Positions 16,708 to 27,162 of a stretch of DNA of 53,761 nt are shown in pieces. Both the position numbers and the translations under genes were made by a program. The stretch is from Pirellulales bacterium (lineage in GTDB: Bacteria > Planctomycetota > Planctomycetia > Pirellulales > UBA1268). The stretch spans positions 1 to 53,761 of the forward strand of contig JBIIFB010000003.1 of NCBI GenBank assembly GCA_044237545.1. Direction: 5' to 3'. Every line of letters starts with the position of its first letter. The first letter of the stretch is position 1. The notes under the pieces are model-generated. The model did no database searches and was not told the DNA's origin. It worked only from the letters and a program-made list of their open reading frames with translations.

Positions 16708-18459
16708 TTGCTCTACGAATCCTCCCCCGTCGCCATTGCGATCTTTGCGGCCTTTGTGCTGAGCGTCATCGGCCTGTCGTTCTACCTTGGCCGCAAAGGT
16801 CAGTCGGCCAAGGGCTACTATGCCGCCCACGGCGAGATCCACTGGTTCGTCAACGGCATCGCCTTCGCGGGGGATTATCTCTCGGCGGCATCATTTCTCG
16901 GCATCTGCGGGATGATCGCCTTCAACGGCTACGACGGCTTCCTCTACTCCATCGGCTTCCTGGCCGGCTGGATCGTGGCACTCTTCGTGATCGCCGAGCC
17001 GATCAAGGCGCTCGGGAAGTTCACCTTCGCCGACGCCCTCGACAGCCGGTTCAACAGCCGCGGCATCAAGTTGGCGGTGGCGATCTCGACGCTCGTCGTC
17101 AGCATCTTCTATCTCATCCCGCAGATGGTCGGTGCCGGCGACCTGATCGTGCCGCTGCTAGGACTGCCGCACACCGCCGGCGTGATCCTCGTGGGCGTGG
17201 CGGTCACCATGATCGTGGTCACGGCGGGCATGGTTTCCACCACCTGGGTGCAGTTCATCAAGGGCTCGTTGCTCGTGTTTTTCTGCGGCATCCTTGCCGC
17301 GATGATTCTCGACCGGGGCCTCGTGGTCGGCTCGGGCCCCGCCGCAAACCTCACGCCGCAGGTCCGCACGGTCACTCCCGATGGCAGTGTGCTCGTCGAC
17401 GGCGTCCGGCAGTCGAAGGGCCACGACCTCCGGCCGGTCGGCACGCTCCTTGCGCTGCCGGCCCGCTATGCCGGAAAAACAGCCACCGGCCCCCTGCGGC
17501 CGCTGGAATATCTCTCCGCGCTCGAGGACTCGACGATCGTCACCTGGACGAGCAAGAAGCACACCGACTCAAGCGGCACCCATACGACCTTCTCGCCCGT
17601 TGAGCGGAAGGGATCCGATCTGCTCAAGCCGGGCGGCTATTTCAAGGGACTCACCTCCGGGAAGCTTGCCGACAGGCTCGATTTCGCCAGTCTGATGCTC
17701 GCGCTGTTTTGCGGCACCGCCTCGCTGCCGCACATCCTCATCCGCTACTACACGGTCAAGGACGCCGCCGCGGCGCGGAAGAGCACCGTCGTGGGCATCG
17801 CCGCGATCGGCGCCTTCTACGTGCTCACGCTCTATCTGGGCTTGGGCGCGATGACCAGCGGGGCCCTCGACCCCACCAGCACCAACATGGCTGCGCCGCT
17901 CCTGGCGAAATCGTTCAGCACCACGCTGTTTGCGATCATATCGGCGATCGCGTTCACGACGGTGCTCGGCACGGTGAGCGGTCTGATCATGGCCGGCAGC
18001 GGCGCGGTGGCCCACGACCTCGTCGAAAACGTCTTCGGCATCCCGATGACAGATCACGAGAAGGTGCGGTGCGGCAGGATCGCGGCAGTGGGCCTGGGGA
18101 TCATCGCGATGGTGCTGGGCGTGCTGTTTCGCAACTTCAATGTCAGCTTCCTCGTGGGCTGGGCGTTCAACATCGCCGCGAGTGCCAACCTGCCCGCGCT
18201 CGTGATGCTGCTGTTCTGGCCACGGACGACCAAGCAGGGAATCATCGCCGCGGTGACGGTGGGCATGTGCTCGTCGCTGGCGTGGATCCTGCTCTCGGCC
18301 GACACCTTCGAGAAGGTCTATGGCTGGAGCCGGGAGGCGTCGATCGTGCCCTTCAGCCAGCCCGGGCTCGTGACGATCCCGCTGGGATTCCTCGTGCTCG
18401 TTGTCGTGTCGTTGCTCACGCCGCCACAGCCGACGGCAGCGGTGCGTCGCCATGCGTGA
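16708..18459 (+). CDS. actP: Cation/acetate symporter ActP (solute:sodium symporter family)
   Basis: NGIAFAGDYLSAASFLG, GKFTFAD, YLIPQMVGAG, GTASLPHILIRYYTV, TVLGTVSGL. Probable TTG start at 16708 after AAAGGA. Confidence 0.9.
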   Translation: MLYESSPVAIAIFAAFVLSVIGLSFYLGRKGQSAKGYYAAHGEIHWFVNGIAFAGDYLSAASFLGICGMIAFNGYDGFLYSIGFLAGWIVALFVIAEPIKALGKFTFADALDSRFNSRGIKLAVAISTLVVSIFYLIPQMVGAGDLIVPLLGLPHTAGVILVGVAVTMIVVTAGMVSTTWVQFIKGSLLVFFCGILAAMILDRGLVVGSGPAANLTPQVRTVTPDGSVLVDGVRQSKGHDLRPVGTLLALPARYAGKTATGPLRPLEYLSALEDSTIVTWTSKKHTDSSGTHTTFSPVERKGSDLLKPGGYFKGLTSGKLADRLDFASLMLALFCGTASLPHILIRYYTVKDAAAARKSTVVGIAAIGAFYVLTLYLGLGAMTSGALDPTSTNMAAPLLAKSFSTTLFAIISAIAFTTVLGTVSGLIMAGSGAVAHDLVENVFGIPMTDHEKVRCGRIAAVGLGIIAMVLGVLFRNFNVSFLVGWAFNIAASANLPALVMLLFWPRTTKQGIIAAVTVGMCSSLAWILLSADTFEKVYGWSREASIVPFSQPGLVTIPLGFLVLVVVSLLTPPQPTAAVRRHA

Positions 18460-18997
18460 GACGCCCAGGGGAGAATCCCTCCGCGGACAGCATGCCGTGA
18501 TCCGCTGCGGTGAGCCACATCTGGAGTCTCTTCGCGGCATCTACAATCACGAGATCCTGCACACCACCGCGCTCTACGAATACGAGCCGCGGAGCGTCGC
18601 GTTCATGGAGCAATGGCTGGCCGCGAAGCAGGCGGCCGGCCTGCCGCTGCTGGGCGTCGAACTCGAACCGGGCGTGCTGGCGGGATTCGCCACCTGGGGC
18701 CCGTTTCGCCCGTTCCCCGCGTACGGTCACACGGTCGAGCATTCCGTCTACGTCGATTCCACGGCTCGGGGCCGCGGCGTGGGGAAGACGCTTTTGGCCG
18801 CGCTCGTCGAGGAGGCCCGCGGGCAGGGTCTGCACACGATGGTGGGCGTGATCGATGCCACGAACGCCGCGAGCCTCGGGCTGCACCGACGGCTCGGCTT
18901 CACGCCCTGCGGCACGGTCCGTGAGGCAGGCTTCAAGTTTGGCCGCTGGCTCGACGTTGAATATTGGCAGTTGATTCTTGGTTCATCCAAGCCCTGA
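18452..18997 (+). CDS. GNAT N-acetyltransferase, phosphinothricin/methionine-sulfoximine (YncA/Pat) family
   Basis: IYNHEILHTTALYE, TVEHSVYV, RGRGVG, NAASLGLH, GFKFGRWLDV. Confidence 0.9.
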   Translation: MRETPRGESLRGQHAVIRCGEPHLESLRGIYNHEILHTTALYEYEPRSVAFMEQWLAAKQAAGLPLLGVELEPGVLAGFATWGPFRPFPAYGHTVEHSVYVDSTARGRGVGKTLLAALVEEARGQGLHTMVGVIDATNAASLGLHRRLGFTPCGTVREAGFKFGRWLDVEYWQLILGSSKP

Positions 18998-19224
18998 GCG
19001 TCCGCGCTGGGACTTCCCGTATACAAGCCCTGAGCGTGAGCGTGCATACAAGCCCTGAGCGTAAGCGACGGGATCTGTCTTCGTGCCGGGCTTGCGAATC
19101 GTGTGCCGCTGCCGATCCCCCGGCTCACGCCGGGGGCTTGTATGGGGAGGGATTCTTCGCGGTGGCGATCCTCCCACGCCGCATACAAGCCCTGAGCGTA
19201 AGCGACGGGATCTGTCTTCGTGCC
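18985..19224. repeat. REP cluster 1 (five full or partial palindromic units)
   Basis: ATACAAGCCCTGAGCGT(G/A)AGCGACGGGAT-type units at 18985, 19021, 19046 and 19183, plus an inverted GATCCCCCGGCTCACGCCGGGGGCTTGTAT at about 19114-19143. Fills the gap between convergent genes. Confidence 0.88.
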
Positions 19225-20717
19225 TACACCCGCGGAAGCTCGAAACCCGCGCGGTAGTCCCGCGTGAAGAGGCGGTTGGCCTCGTCGTCGGTTGACCGCT
19301 CGGTCTTCGGATCGATCGCAAGCTCGCGGCCGAGCTTGAGCGTGGTGGCGGCGAAGTCGATGGTGTGGTCCTTGAGGTAGGCCTCGAAGCTGTCCCAGGT
19401 CTCGCCCACGTGCGTGTCGGTCGCCGCGAGCGTCGGCCGGGTGCCTGGGGGCACTACCGTGCCGAGCTCCCAGGAGACGTTGCCCAGGTGGGCAAGCGCG
19501 CTCGACAGATGGCCGTCTTCGATGTCGAGGTGGAGGTCCCTGTGGTCGCGGCTCCTGATCGCCTTGACGAAGTTTGCAAAGTGCTGCTGGTAGCTGCCAC
19601 CCGACCACTTGCCCAGTTCGTTGCCGTCGTAGTCGAAGGCGACGCCGGAGGTGTAGTTCGGCCCGACGGCAAAACCCTTGGTGCCATACCAGACGTTGCT
19701 GGCGCCGGCGAACGGCGTGACATTCTTCAGACCAAATGTCACCGGTGACTTGATCGGCAGGCCGCGAACATCGGAGATCAGCAGGGCGTCGTCCCACTGG
19801 TAGATCGTCACCTGGCTATTGGCCACGTCGCCATTGTCGATGTAGCCGAGCCGGCCGCCGAGGCTGACCACCCGCCTGGGCAGTTCCTGCTTGCCGAGGC
19901 CCCAGCGGGCTTTGTCGAGTTCGTGGGGATTCTGGTTACCGAGATCGCCATTCCCGGTGACATGGTTCCAGTGCCAGTCGTAGTGGAGTTTCTTACGGGT
20001 CGGCACCACGGCCGGGGCCGGGCCCGCCCAGAGATCGAAGTCGAGGCCGGCCGGAATGGGAGCCGCTGTGTCGACCAGCCCGATGCTTGGCCGGTTGCGG
20101 TAGCAGACGGCGCGGGCCACCTTCACGTCACCGATTTTCCCACTCTTGACGAAGTCGAGTGTCTGCCGCATGCCGGTCATGCTGCGGCTCTGCACACCCA
20201 TCTGGCACATGCGTCCGAGCTTGCGGGCCCACTGCGTGATCACCCGGCCCTCCTCGACGTTGTGGCTGCAGGGCTTTTCCACGTAGACATCCTTGCCCGA
20301 CTGCATCGCCCAGACGGCCATCACGGCATGCCAGTGGTTGGGCGTGGCGATCGAGACCGCGTCGATGTCCTTGCGGTCGAGGAGACGGCGGACGTCCTGC
20401 ACATAGGCCGGTGGGTGGAGGGTGTTTTTGAAATACCGCTCGCACAGCCGCACGTAGGCGGACGGGTCGCAGTCGCAGATGGCGACCAGATCACAGTCGG
20501 GATTGGCCAGCCATTCGCCGACATGGTTCGCTCCCTGGCCATTCACGCCAATGACGGCGACACGGAGTTTTGCCAGGTTGGCCACGGGGCGGCCTGAGCC
20601 CGCGGATGCGGCTGGGTCGGCCTCTTCCCCGGCCGCCGGGGCCAGGGGCATGCCGGCCAGCGAGGCGGTTGCGAGCGTGAGGGCTGTTTCCACGAAGTCA
20701 CGGCGGGACAGCGGCAT
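19224..20717 (-). CDS. Tat-exported Gfo/Idh/MocA oxidoreductase
   Basis: MPLSRRDF twin-arginine signal; VAVIGVNGQG, ATPNHWH, DVYVEKP, GDLGNQNPHELD. Confidence 0.92.
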   Translation of the reverse strand: MPLSRRDFVETALTLATASLAGMPLAPAAGEEADPAASAGSGRPVANLAKLRVAVIGVNGQGANHVGEWLANPDCDLVAICDCDPSAYVRLCERYFKNTLHPPAYVQDVRRLLDRKDIDAVSIATPNHWHAVMAVWAMQSGKDVYVEKPCSHNVEEGRVITQWARKLGRMCQMGVQSRSMTGMRQTLDFVKSGKIGDVKVARAVCYRNRPSIGLVDTAAPIPAGLDFDLWAGPAPAVVPTRKKLHYDWHWNHVTGNGDLGNQNPHELDKARWGLGKQELPRRVVSLGGRLGYIDNGDVANSQVTIYQWDDALLISDVRGLPIKSPVTFGLKNVTPFAGASNVWYGTKGFAVGPNYTSGVAFDYDGNELGKWSGGSYQQHFANFVKAIRSRDHRDLHLDIEDGHLSSALAHLGNVSWELGTVVPPGTRPTLAATDTHVGETWDSFEAYLKDHTIDFAATTLKLGRELAIDPKTERSTDDEANRLFTRDYRAGFELPRV

Positions 20718-20859
20718 GGAGAGGTCTCCCCGAAGAAGGTCAGTAAGGTACGACAAAGAGGTGCGAGAAAGAGCTACGAGAGAGGCAGGCAGCCTTCGCT
20801 CTCTATTCGTATCCCTATCCTACCGTCCTGCCACTGCCGGCCAAGCAGTCGCCGATTCC

Positions 20860-21564
20860 TCAGGAACGGTCGCGACCGGTGGGCTTCTTGCCCTTTCGGG
20901 CAGCGTCGACCCGCTGGGGCTTGGAGGCCGGCTTGGCCACCCGGCGACGCGGCCCGGCGCCGTCCACCTCCGGGCCGTGTGGGTGGGCTGTTTCAGGCCG
21001 CGGATCGTACGACACACTCAACACCTTGGCCGTGCCGCGGCCTACCGGCGTGAGCACATGGGGAATCGCGGCATAGATATAGACGCTATCCCCCGTGGCG
21101 AGGTTGATCTGTTCGTCGCCATAGTCCAGCCGCAGGTCCCCCTCGAGCACGAGCAGAAACCGCTCGCCGCCGTGGTTGTCGGGACGCTGTCGGTTGCCCA
21201 CGCCGGAGAGGTGCACGATCACAGGGGTCATGGCGCGATCCCGCCAGCGGTCGGCAAGGCTCTCCGGCACGTAGCCGCTCAGCCCATTCCGGGCCGGCTC
21301 CTTGCGCCCCTCGCCATGCCTGACCACCTCATATTGCGGCGCGATTGTCAGACCTTCGACCAGCGTGTCGACTCCGCATTCGAGCACCTCGGAGAGTTTC
21401 ACGAGGCCTTCGAGCGAGGGGGCGAGCTGGCCATTTTCCAGCTTCGAAAGCCAGCTGACCGTGAATTTCGCCCGCGAGACAACGTCATCGAGGGTCAGGC
21501 GACGGGCCAGACGGGCCGCCCGAACACGTCGGCCCAGATCCGCAAGATTCACGATGTTGGTCAT
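20860..21564 (-). CDS. XRE-family HTH plus cupin transcriptional regulator
   Basis: LGRRVRAARLARRLTLDDV...SWLSKLENGQLAPSL followed by cupin HGGERFLLVLEG...GDSVYI...PH. Start could be 21654. Confidence 0.9.
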   Translation of the reverse strand: MTNIVNLADLGRRVRAARLARRLTLDDVVSRAKFTVSWLSKLENGQLAPSLEGLVKLSEVLECGVDTLVEGLTIAPQYEVVRHGEGRKEPARNGLSGYVPESLADRWRDRAMTPVIVHLSGVGNRQRPDNHGGERFLLVLEGDLRLDYGDEQINLATGDSVYIYAAIPHVLTPVGRGTAKVLSVSYDPRPETAHPHGPEVDGAGPRRRVAKPASKPQRVDAARKGKKPTGRDRS

Positions 21565-21586
21565 AGTTGGCAGTGAGAGGGCGGCA

Positions 21587-21626
21587 TTCCCGGGGGAAGT
21601 ATGCCCCAAGGGAAATACACCCGCAA
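21587..21626 (-). promoter_or_regulatory. Putative promoter of the XRE gene with flanking palindromic operator-like sites
   Basis: Minus strand TTGCGG (21626-21621), 17-bp spacer, CATACT (21603-21598). TTCCC-GG-GGGAA (21587-21598) and TGCCC-CAA-GGGAA (21602-21614) flank and partly overlap the -10 box. Confidence 0.5.
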
Positions 21627-21710
21627 GAGGGGTGTCGCCCATTTCCTGCACCATCGGCCCGCAGCGGCCAAAGGTCAGCGGCCGCTCCCATAAGCCCAGG
21701 GCATCCCCGC

Positions 21711-21956
21711 TCAGGCACCGGGACGGCGGAAGTGCCTGTAGGCCTGCAGCACATCATGAAGGTCGGACGAGATCGAAATCTCGTCATCCTTGAAATCGGT
21801 CAGCCAGGTGCGATTGCTTACCACGGCATCGGCCAGCAGGGGCAGAACATCGCCGAGTGGGATGCGAATGCTCTTTTCGCTCGGTTGTTCCAGCACCGCG
21901 ACGTTCTGCTGGCTGAGATCGGGACCCGTGTAGACCCGGAGGCGACGCATGGCCAT
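21711..21956 (-). CDS. Small hypothetical protein (81 aa)
   Basis: AGGGAG RBS; globular-looking LGDVLPLLADAVVSNRTWLTDFKDDEISISSDLHDVLQAY, resembling small planctomycete hypothetical proteins. Confidence 0.75.
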   Translation of the reverse strand: MAMRRLRVYTGPDLSQQNVAVLEQPSEKSIRIPLGDVLPLLADAVVSNRTWLTDFKDDEISISSDLHDVLQAYRHFRRPGA

Positions 21957-22281
21957 AGAACACACTCCCTTGTTTGACCGTGACACAATTCGCCCGAGAC
22001 CCACGCTTGAGACCCACGCCATCAGGCAGGGCTCTCACATGGCTCTCAGACGTGGTGACTGAGCCTCATAGAGGCCACGCGTCTTCCTGACGCGGTCACC
22101 GCTGCAGTTCATTGTCCAAACATGAGGATCGTCATATCAGGCCGGCAAGGTTTAGCCTATTTCCCGAATTGTGCGGAATCGAACCGGCAGCCCGGTCGTT
22201 CGGGCGAACTGGGTGGACTGGATTCCCCTCCGTGACTCTTGATGAAGAGCCATCCTGCCCGGCCCACGTGGAGGCGATTTT

Positions 22282-23247
22282 TTAACCTACCATGCCCGAG
22301 GGCTGGGTCTGTACACGGCCGGCACGGAAGGCATCACCGATCGACTTGGGAACGAGTGCCTCGGCCTGAAACAGGCGAGCCCGGTTCTCGGCCGTCGAAG
22401 CCTTCATCTCCTGCTCGCGGGCGATGGCGACACTCCGCCGTTCCTCCGCCTTGGCCCGGGCCACCCGGGTATCGGCCTCTGCCTGATCCGCCTGCAGGCG
22501 AGCCCCGATGTTTTCCCCCACCTCGATGTCTGCAATGTCGATCGACACGATCTGAAACGCCGTCTGGGCGTCGAGTCCGCGTTGGAGCACGGCCTTGGAA
22601 ATCGTGTCTGGATGTTCCATGACCTCGAAGTGGCTGCCGGCCGAACCGATGGACGTGATGATGCCTTCGCCGACCCGTGCGATGATCGTCTCCTCGGTGG
22701 CACCGCCAATGAGTTGCTGCAGATTCGTCCGCACTGTGACGCGGGCCCTGATCTTCAATTCCACGCCGTTTTTGGCCACGGCAGAGAGTGTCGATTTACC
22801 ACTGGCGTTGTCGGGGCAATCGATGACCTTGGGGTTGACGCTGGTCTGGACGGCGTCGAGCACATCGCGGCCGGCAAGGTCGATTGCGCAGGCCCGGTCG
22901 AAGTCGAGATCGAGGTCGGCTCGGTGGGCCACGATCAGGGCGCGGATCACGCGGGGCACGTCGCCGCCGGCAAGATAATGCGCCTCGAGCCGTCTCGCCG
23001 TGATGTCACGACCAAGGCCGGCCTGCGTGGCCATGATCCCCGCCTGGACGATCGTCCGCGCGTTGACCTTCCGCAGGCTCATGCCGAGCAACTCCAGGAA
23101 TTTCACCGGCGCCTTCGACCAGTAGGCCTGAAACCAGAGCTGGCCATAGTTGAAAATCAGCAGCAGCATCGTCAGGGCAAAGAGGCCGAGCACGAGGCCC
23201 GCGGCGAGGAGAACCGGTACCGGCAGGGTCGAAGGCAGTTCGTTCAC
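22282..23247 (-). CDS. floA: Flotillin-like protein FloA (YqfA family)
   Basis: N-terminal TM; [62 protein letters not shown]. Confidence 0.95.
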   Translation of the reverse strand: MNELPSTLPVPVLLAAGLVLGLFALTMLLLIFNYGQLWFQAYWSKAPVKFLELLGMSLRKVNARTIVQAGIMATQAGLGRDITARRLEAHYLAGGDVPRVIRALIVAHRADLDLDFDRACAIDLAGRDVLDAVQTSVNPKVIDCPDNASGKSTLSAVAKNGVELKIRARVTVRTNLQQLIGGATEETIIARVGEGIITSIGSAGSHFEVMEHPDTISKAVLQRGLDAQTAFQIVSIDIADIEVGENIGARLQADQAEADTRVARAKAEERRSVAIAREQEMKASTAENRARLFQAEALVPKSIGDAFRAGRVQTQPSGMVG

Positions 23248-23390
23248 GGGAAGCTCTTGAGGGCAGGGTTGATCAGGTGACGGGGTGGATCAGATGACAG
23301 GCTGGAGCGGACTGGTTTTACCGACGGCCTGGGATACGTAAGAGACTAGTTCGGGCCGACGGCCCCCGCCAGCACGCGGCCCAAAAGCAT

Positions 23391-24494
23391 TCAGGACTCG
23401 ATCCAGCCCCCCCCGAGCACGCGGTCGCCGGCATAACAGACAGCCGGTTGCCCTGGCGAAATCGGGCCTGGCGACTGCTCGGGCCCGCCGGTGAACCGGG
23501 CCGAAAACCGGCCAGATCCCAGCGGCGTGACCACCGCCGGGCTCGGCCCCCGTTGGGCCCGGCACTGGACAAGACACTCAAACGGCTCGTCCGACACCGG
23601 CTCAAGCCAGCTCACCTCGCCCGCCGTAAGCTCGGTCTGCGGCACCTCGTCACGGCCGCCCACGACCACCCGACAGGAGTCAGCCTCGATCCGCACCACG
23701 TAAAGCGGCCGGCCCACGGCCACGCCCAGACCCTGCCGCTGCCCGACCGTGAAATGCTCGATCCCCGGGTGTTGTCCGACGACGGATCCGTCGCTGGTGA
23801 CGATGTCGCCTGTACGGGAGCCTCCCAGCCGGTGGCCGACGAGTCGCGCATGGTCGCCCGAGGCGACGAAGCAGATCTCCTGGCTATCAGGCTTGTCGGC
23901 GGTGACGAGCCCGAGCGCTGTCGCTCGGCTACGAACATCGGCCTTGGGCATCCCTCCCACCGGCAGCAGCATGCGGCTGAGCCGCTCCCGTGGCACCTCG
24001 AAGAGCACATAGGACTGATCGCGGGCGGCGTCGAGCCCGCGGGAGAGCCGTAGCCCGCCGCCCTCCTGTTCCAGGCGGGCATAGTGTCCCGTGGCAACGT
24101 GCGTGGCCCCGATGGCGTCGGCATGGTCGAAGAGCCGTCCAAACTTAATCCATGAGTTGCACCGCACGCAGGGATTGGGCGTGCGGCCGCGGCCATACTC
24201 CGCCGCGAAGTAGTCAATGATCCGGCCAAAGTCATCGGTCAGATCGATCGCAAACAGCGGGATGCCCAGCCGATCGGCGACCCGCCTGGCGTCGAGGGCG
24301 TCGGTGGTGCTGCAGCAGCCCTGATGCCCGTGCGACACGACCGGCAGAGTCGTGGTGGTGGTTGTGTCCACAGGCATGTCCGGCCGGCCATGCCGCATGA
24401 ATACGCCGACGCAGTCGTAACCAGCCTCCACGAGCAGGCTCGCGGCAACGCTCGAATCGACCCCGCCGGACATGGCGACAACAACGCGTGGCAT
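23391..24494 (-). CDS. mnmA: tRNA-specific 2-thiouridylase
   Basis: MSGGVDSS, TPNPCVRCN, ATGHYA, DQSY, DSQEICF, FTVGQRQGLG, PGQ. Confidence 0.97.
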   Translation of the reverse strand: MPRVVVAMSGGVDSSVAASLLVEAGYDCVGVFMRHGRPDMPVDTTTTTTLPVVSHGHQGCCSTTDALDARRVADRLGIPLFAIDLTDDFGRIIDYFAAEYGRGRTPNPCVRCNSWIKFGRLFDHADAIGATHVATGHYARLEQEGGGLRLSRGLDAARDQSYVLFEVPRERLSRMLLPVGGMPKADVRSRATALGLVTADKPDSQEICFVASGDHARLVGHRLGGSRTGDIVTSDGSVVGQHPGIEHFTVGQRQGLGVAVGRPLYVVRIEADSCRVVVGGRDEVPQTELTAGEVSWLEPVSDEPFECLVQCRAQRGPSPAVVTPLGSGRFSARFTGGPEQSPGPISPGQPAVCYAGDRVLGGGWIES

Positions 24495-24538
24495 GGGAAT
24501 CAGTCGGCCGTTCCGAGATCAGTCAGGAAGCAAGCATG

Positions 24539-25051
24539 TCAGTAAACAAGCGTGGATTCCACGCGGTGTGGTGCCAGTCGTGCACGGCCGCCGAGCGGTT
24601 CGATCTCGATCAGAAACGCCGCGCCCGCCACTTGACCGCCACCGGCCTCGATGAGCCGCATGCAGGCAGCCGCGGTGCCACCAGTGGCCAGCACATCATC
24701 GACGACGAGCACGCGAGCGCCAGCCGCGAGCACGCCGCGGTGCATCTGAAGCCGGTCGCGGCCATATTCGAGTTCATACTCGTACTCGATCGTGTCGGCC
24801 GGCAGTTTCCCTGGCTTCCGCACCGGGATCACGCCCAGCCCAAGTGTCAGAGCAAGCGGCGTGGCAAACAAAAAGCCCCGTGCCTCGACGGCCGCGATGG
24901 CGTCGAGGTGCACTCCCCGCCAGGGGGCGGCGAGCTGGTCGATCGCTGCCGCCAGGCCGCGAGCGTCGGCCAGGAGGGGCGTGATGTCCCGAAACAGGAT
25001 GCCCGGCTTGGGAAAGTCGGGGACAGGGCGGATGAATGGGGTGAGGTCCAT
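24539..25051 (-). CDS. apt: Adenine phosphoribosyltransferase
   Basis: PDFPKPGILFRDITPLL, EARGF, RKPGKLP, LEYG, VDDVLATGGT. Confidence 0.97.
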   Translation of the reverse strand: MDLTPFIRPVPDFPKPGILFRDITPLLADARGLAAAIDQLAAPWRGVHLDAIAAVEARGFLFATPLALTLGLGVIPVRKPGKLPADTIEYEYELEYGRDRLQMHRGVLAAGARVLVVDDVLATGGTAAACMRLIEAGGGQVAGAAFLIEIEPLGGRARLAPHRVESTLVY

Positions 25052-25082
25052 GCAGCAAGCCTACCCCATGCGGCCTCCGCCG

Positions 25083-25961
25083 TCAGGCCCCATGCCGCAG
25101 CCGGATCGTTGCCCGAGGAACACCATCGATCGCCATGGCCAGATTGGCGAGCGTTTCCGACTCGATCTGTCGGACCCGTTCCCGAGTCAGGCCCAGCACT
25201 GCCCCGATCTCCTTGAGGGTCATCGGCTCGACACCACCCAGCCCAAACCGGAGCCGGATGATTTTTGCCGCCCGCTCTTCGAGTTTGTCGATCCGCCGCA
25301 GCACGTGCCGCAGCGTGTCGTGATCGAGCAGCACTTCCGCCGGACACTTCGCATTCTCGTCACGGATCAGTTCGCCGAGCGACCAGCCCCCGTCGGCCTG
25401 TTCCGTCTGCGGGGCGTTTTGGTGCACATGGATCGCCTTCTTGATGATCGGCAGTTTCTTCCGTGCCAGGCCGAGCATCCGGGCCACCTCCTCGGGCGTG
25501 GGCGTGCGGCCGAGGCTATCGCTGAGGCGGGCCGTGGCCCGCCGCCATTTCGAGAGCAGTTCCACCATGTAGGCAGGGATGCGGATCGTCTTCCCGGAGT
25601 TGATCAGGGCCCGCTTGATCGACTGCTTGATCCAGTAGCTGGCGTAGGTGCTGAACCGGGTGCCCATGGTCGGGTCGAAGCCCTCGACGGCCCGCAGCAG
25701 CCCCAGATTGCCCTCTTCGATAAGGTCGGGCAGCGCCAGGCCGCGGTTGTTGTAGCCCCGGGCAATGCTGACCACCAATCGAAGGTTGGCGCGGATCATG
25801 TGATCCCGTGCCTGGGCATCGCCCCGTCCGATGGCCATCGCCAGCCGCTTTTCGTCTTCGGCGGTCAGCAATGAGGTGGCATTGATGTCGCGGAGGTAGG
25901 TCTCGAGTGGGTTTTGAACGGCGAGCGTGACTGGCTTGCTGCGACGAGATGGCGATGGCAT
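25083..25961 (-). CDS. RpoD/RpoS-family sigma factor lacking region 1.1
   Basis: LETYLRDI (1.2), NLRLVVSIAR, DLIEEGNLGLLRAVEGFD, RFSTYASYWIKQSI, TLKEIGAVLGLTRERVRQIE. Start approximate. Confidence 0.93.
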   Translation of the reverse strand: MPSPSRRSKPVTLAVQNPLETYLRDINATSLLTAEDEKRLAMAIGRGDAQARDHMIRANLRLVVSIARGYNNRGLALPDLIEEGNLGLLRAVEGFDPTMGTRFSTYASYWIKQSIKRALINSGKTIRIPAYMVELLSKWRRATARLSDSLGRTPTPEEVARMLGLARKKLPIIKKAIHVHQNAPQTEQADGGWSLGELIRDENAKCPAEVLLDHDTLRHVLRRIDKLEERAAKIIRLRFGLGGVEPMTLKEIGAVLGLTRERVRQIESETLANLAMAIDGVPRATIRLRHGA

Positions 25962-26140
25962 GGGCAGAGAAGGCCTTCCCCGGGCGTGGGGGTCACGAAG
26001 GAATAACAAGGAGGGCGGCCGAGTCCGTTCGCATGCCCCGTGGCATGCGTGCAGACCGGATCGACAGCGCCGTAAGAGAGCTATCGACGCCGGCCGCAGG
26101 GCACTGCACAAGGGGGGCTAAAAGGGCACCCCAGCGCGGT

Positions 26141-26212
26141 CGTGTGGCTCACGCGGCTCGTATCGCTCGTGCTGCTCGTGTGGCTCGCGCTGCTGGTGTC
26201 GATCGTGCTGCC
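26141..26212. repeat. Degenerate 9-bp tandem repeat (about 8 units)
   Basis: CGTGTGGCT CACGCGGCT CGTATCGCT CGTGCTGCT CGTGTGGCT CGCGCTGCT ...; intergenic. Confidence 0.6.
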
Positions 26213-26250
26213 GCGGGCAGCAGCCGGAAGCAGCTCCCATCAGCCCGCCA

Positions 26251-27162
26251 TCAGCTCTGCAGGTGCCAGTCGATCCGCACCAGTTCTGGTGTGGCGCCGA
26301 TGCGGACGGGGAAGAGCGATGTGCCGATGCCGCGGGAGACATACATCGGCGGCCCGGCGTCGCGATACCAGCCCGCGACATACCGTCCACAGCCCGGTGG
26401 CAGAATCGTGGCGATGCCGAAGGGGGCCACCTGGCCGCCATGCGTATGGCCGCTCAAGACCAGCGAAGCGGGATGTTCGGGCGGCATGCCGAGCGTGTCT
26501 CGCGTGATCGGGCAGTGGGCGAGCACAAGATGCTGTTGGTGCGATGCTGCGCCGGCCAGGGCGGCGACTGAGTCGGGCCGCCCGCCCACGATGTCGTCGA
26601 GACCGGTGACACGGATGGTGCGTCCGCCATGCTCGAGCGTGATGGAGCGATTGACGAGCAGGTCGATGCCGTGGCGTTCGTAGACGCGGGAGATCTCGCC
26701 GATTCCGGCGCCGCAGCGATACTCCCAGTTGCCCAGGATGGCGATAGTGCGGGGTGCACGGGGGAACTCGGCCAGCAGCATGTCGAACGCGGGGAGTGCT
26801 TGGGCCCGGTCGATGGAGTCGCCGGTGATGACGATCAGATCGGCCTGCGACGCATGGATCTGCTCGAGCAACTGCCGCTGGAGCGTGCCGATCGTATGCA
26901 CGTGCAGGTCGCTCACCTGCAGGATGCGGAGCGGGTCGGGAGCGGCACCCGTGCCGAAAACGTGGTCGCTCGTCACGAGCCGACGGGGCGTGATCAGGAG
27001 GCCGTCGATGGCGGCACCGAGGGACACGGCGCCTCCGACCAGACAGGCACGACCGAGCAGCGTGCGGCGGCGCATGGCCTGGCTGGCATGACCGGCATGG
27101 CTGGCATGACCGGTCTGGACGCTGGCAGGCCGCGAGTCTGCAGCGGCGTGGTCCGGCCTCAC
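26251..27162 (-). CDS. Calcineurin-like metallophosphoesterase (YkuE/YaeI-like)
   Basis: SDLH, TGD, LGNWE, LAHCP, SGHTHGGQ, SRGIG. Start either GTG 27162 (overlapping the upstream stop) or ATG 27075 (MRRRTLL). Confidence 0.9.
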   Translation of the reverse strand: MRPDHAAADSRPASVQTGHASHAGHASQAMRRRTLLGRACLVGGAVSLGAAIDGLLITPRRLVTSDHVFGTGAAPDPLRILQVSDLHVHTIGTLQRQLLEQIHASQADLIVITGDSIDRAQALPAFDMLLAEFPRAPRTIAILGNWEYRCGAGIGEISRVYERHGIDLLVNRSITLEHGGRTIRVTGLDDIVGGRPDSVAALAGAASHQQHLVLAHCPITRDTLGMPPEHPASLVLSGHTHGGQVAPFGIATILPPGCGRYVAGWYRDAGPPMYVSRGIGTSLFPVRIGATPELVRIDWHLQS

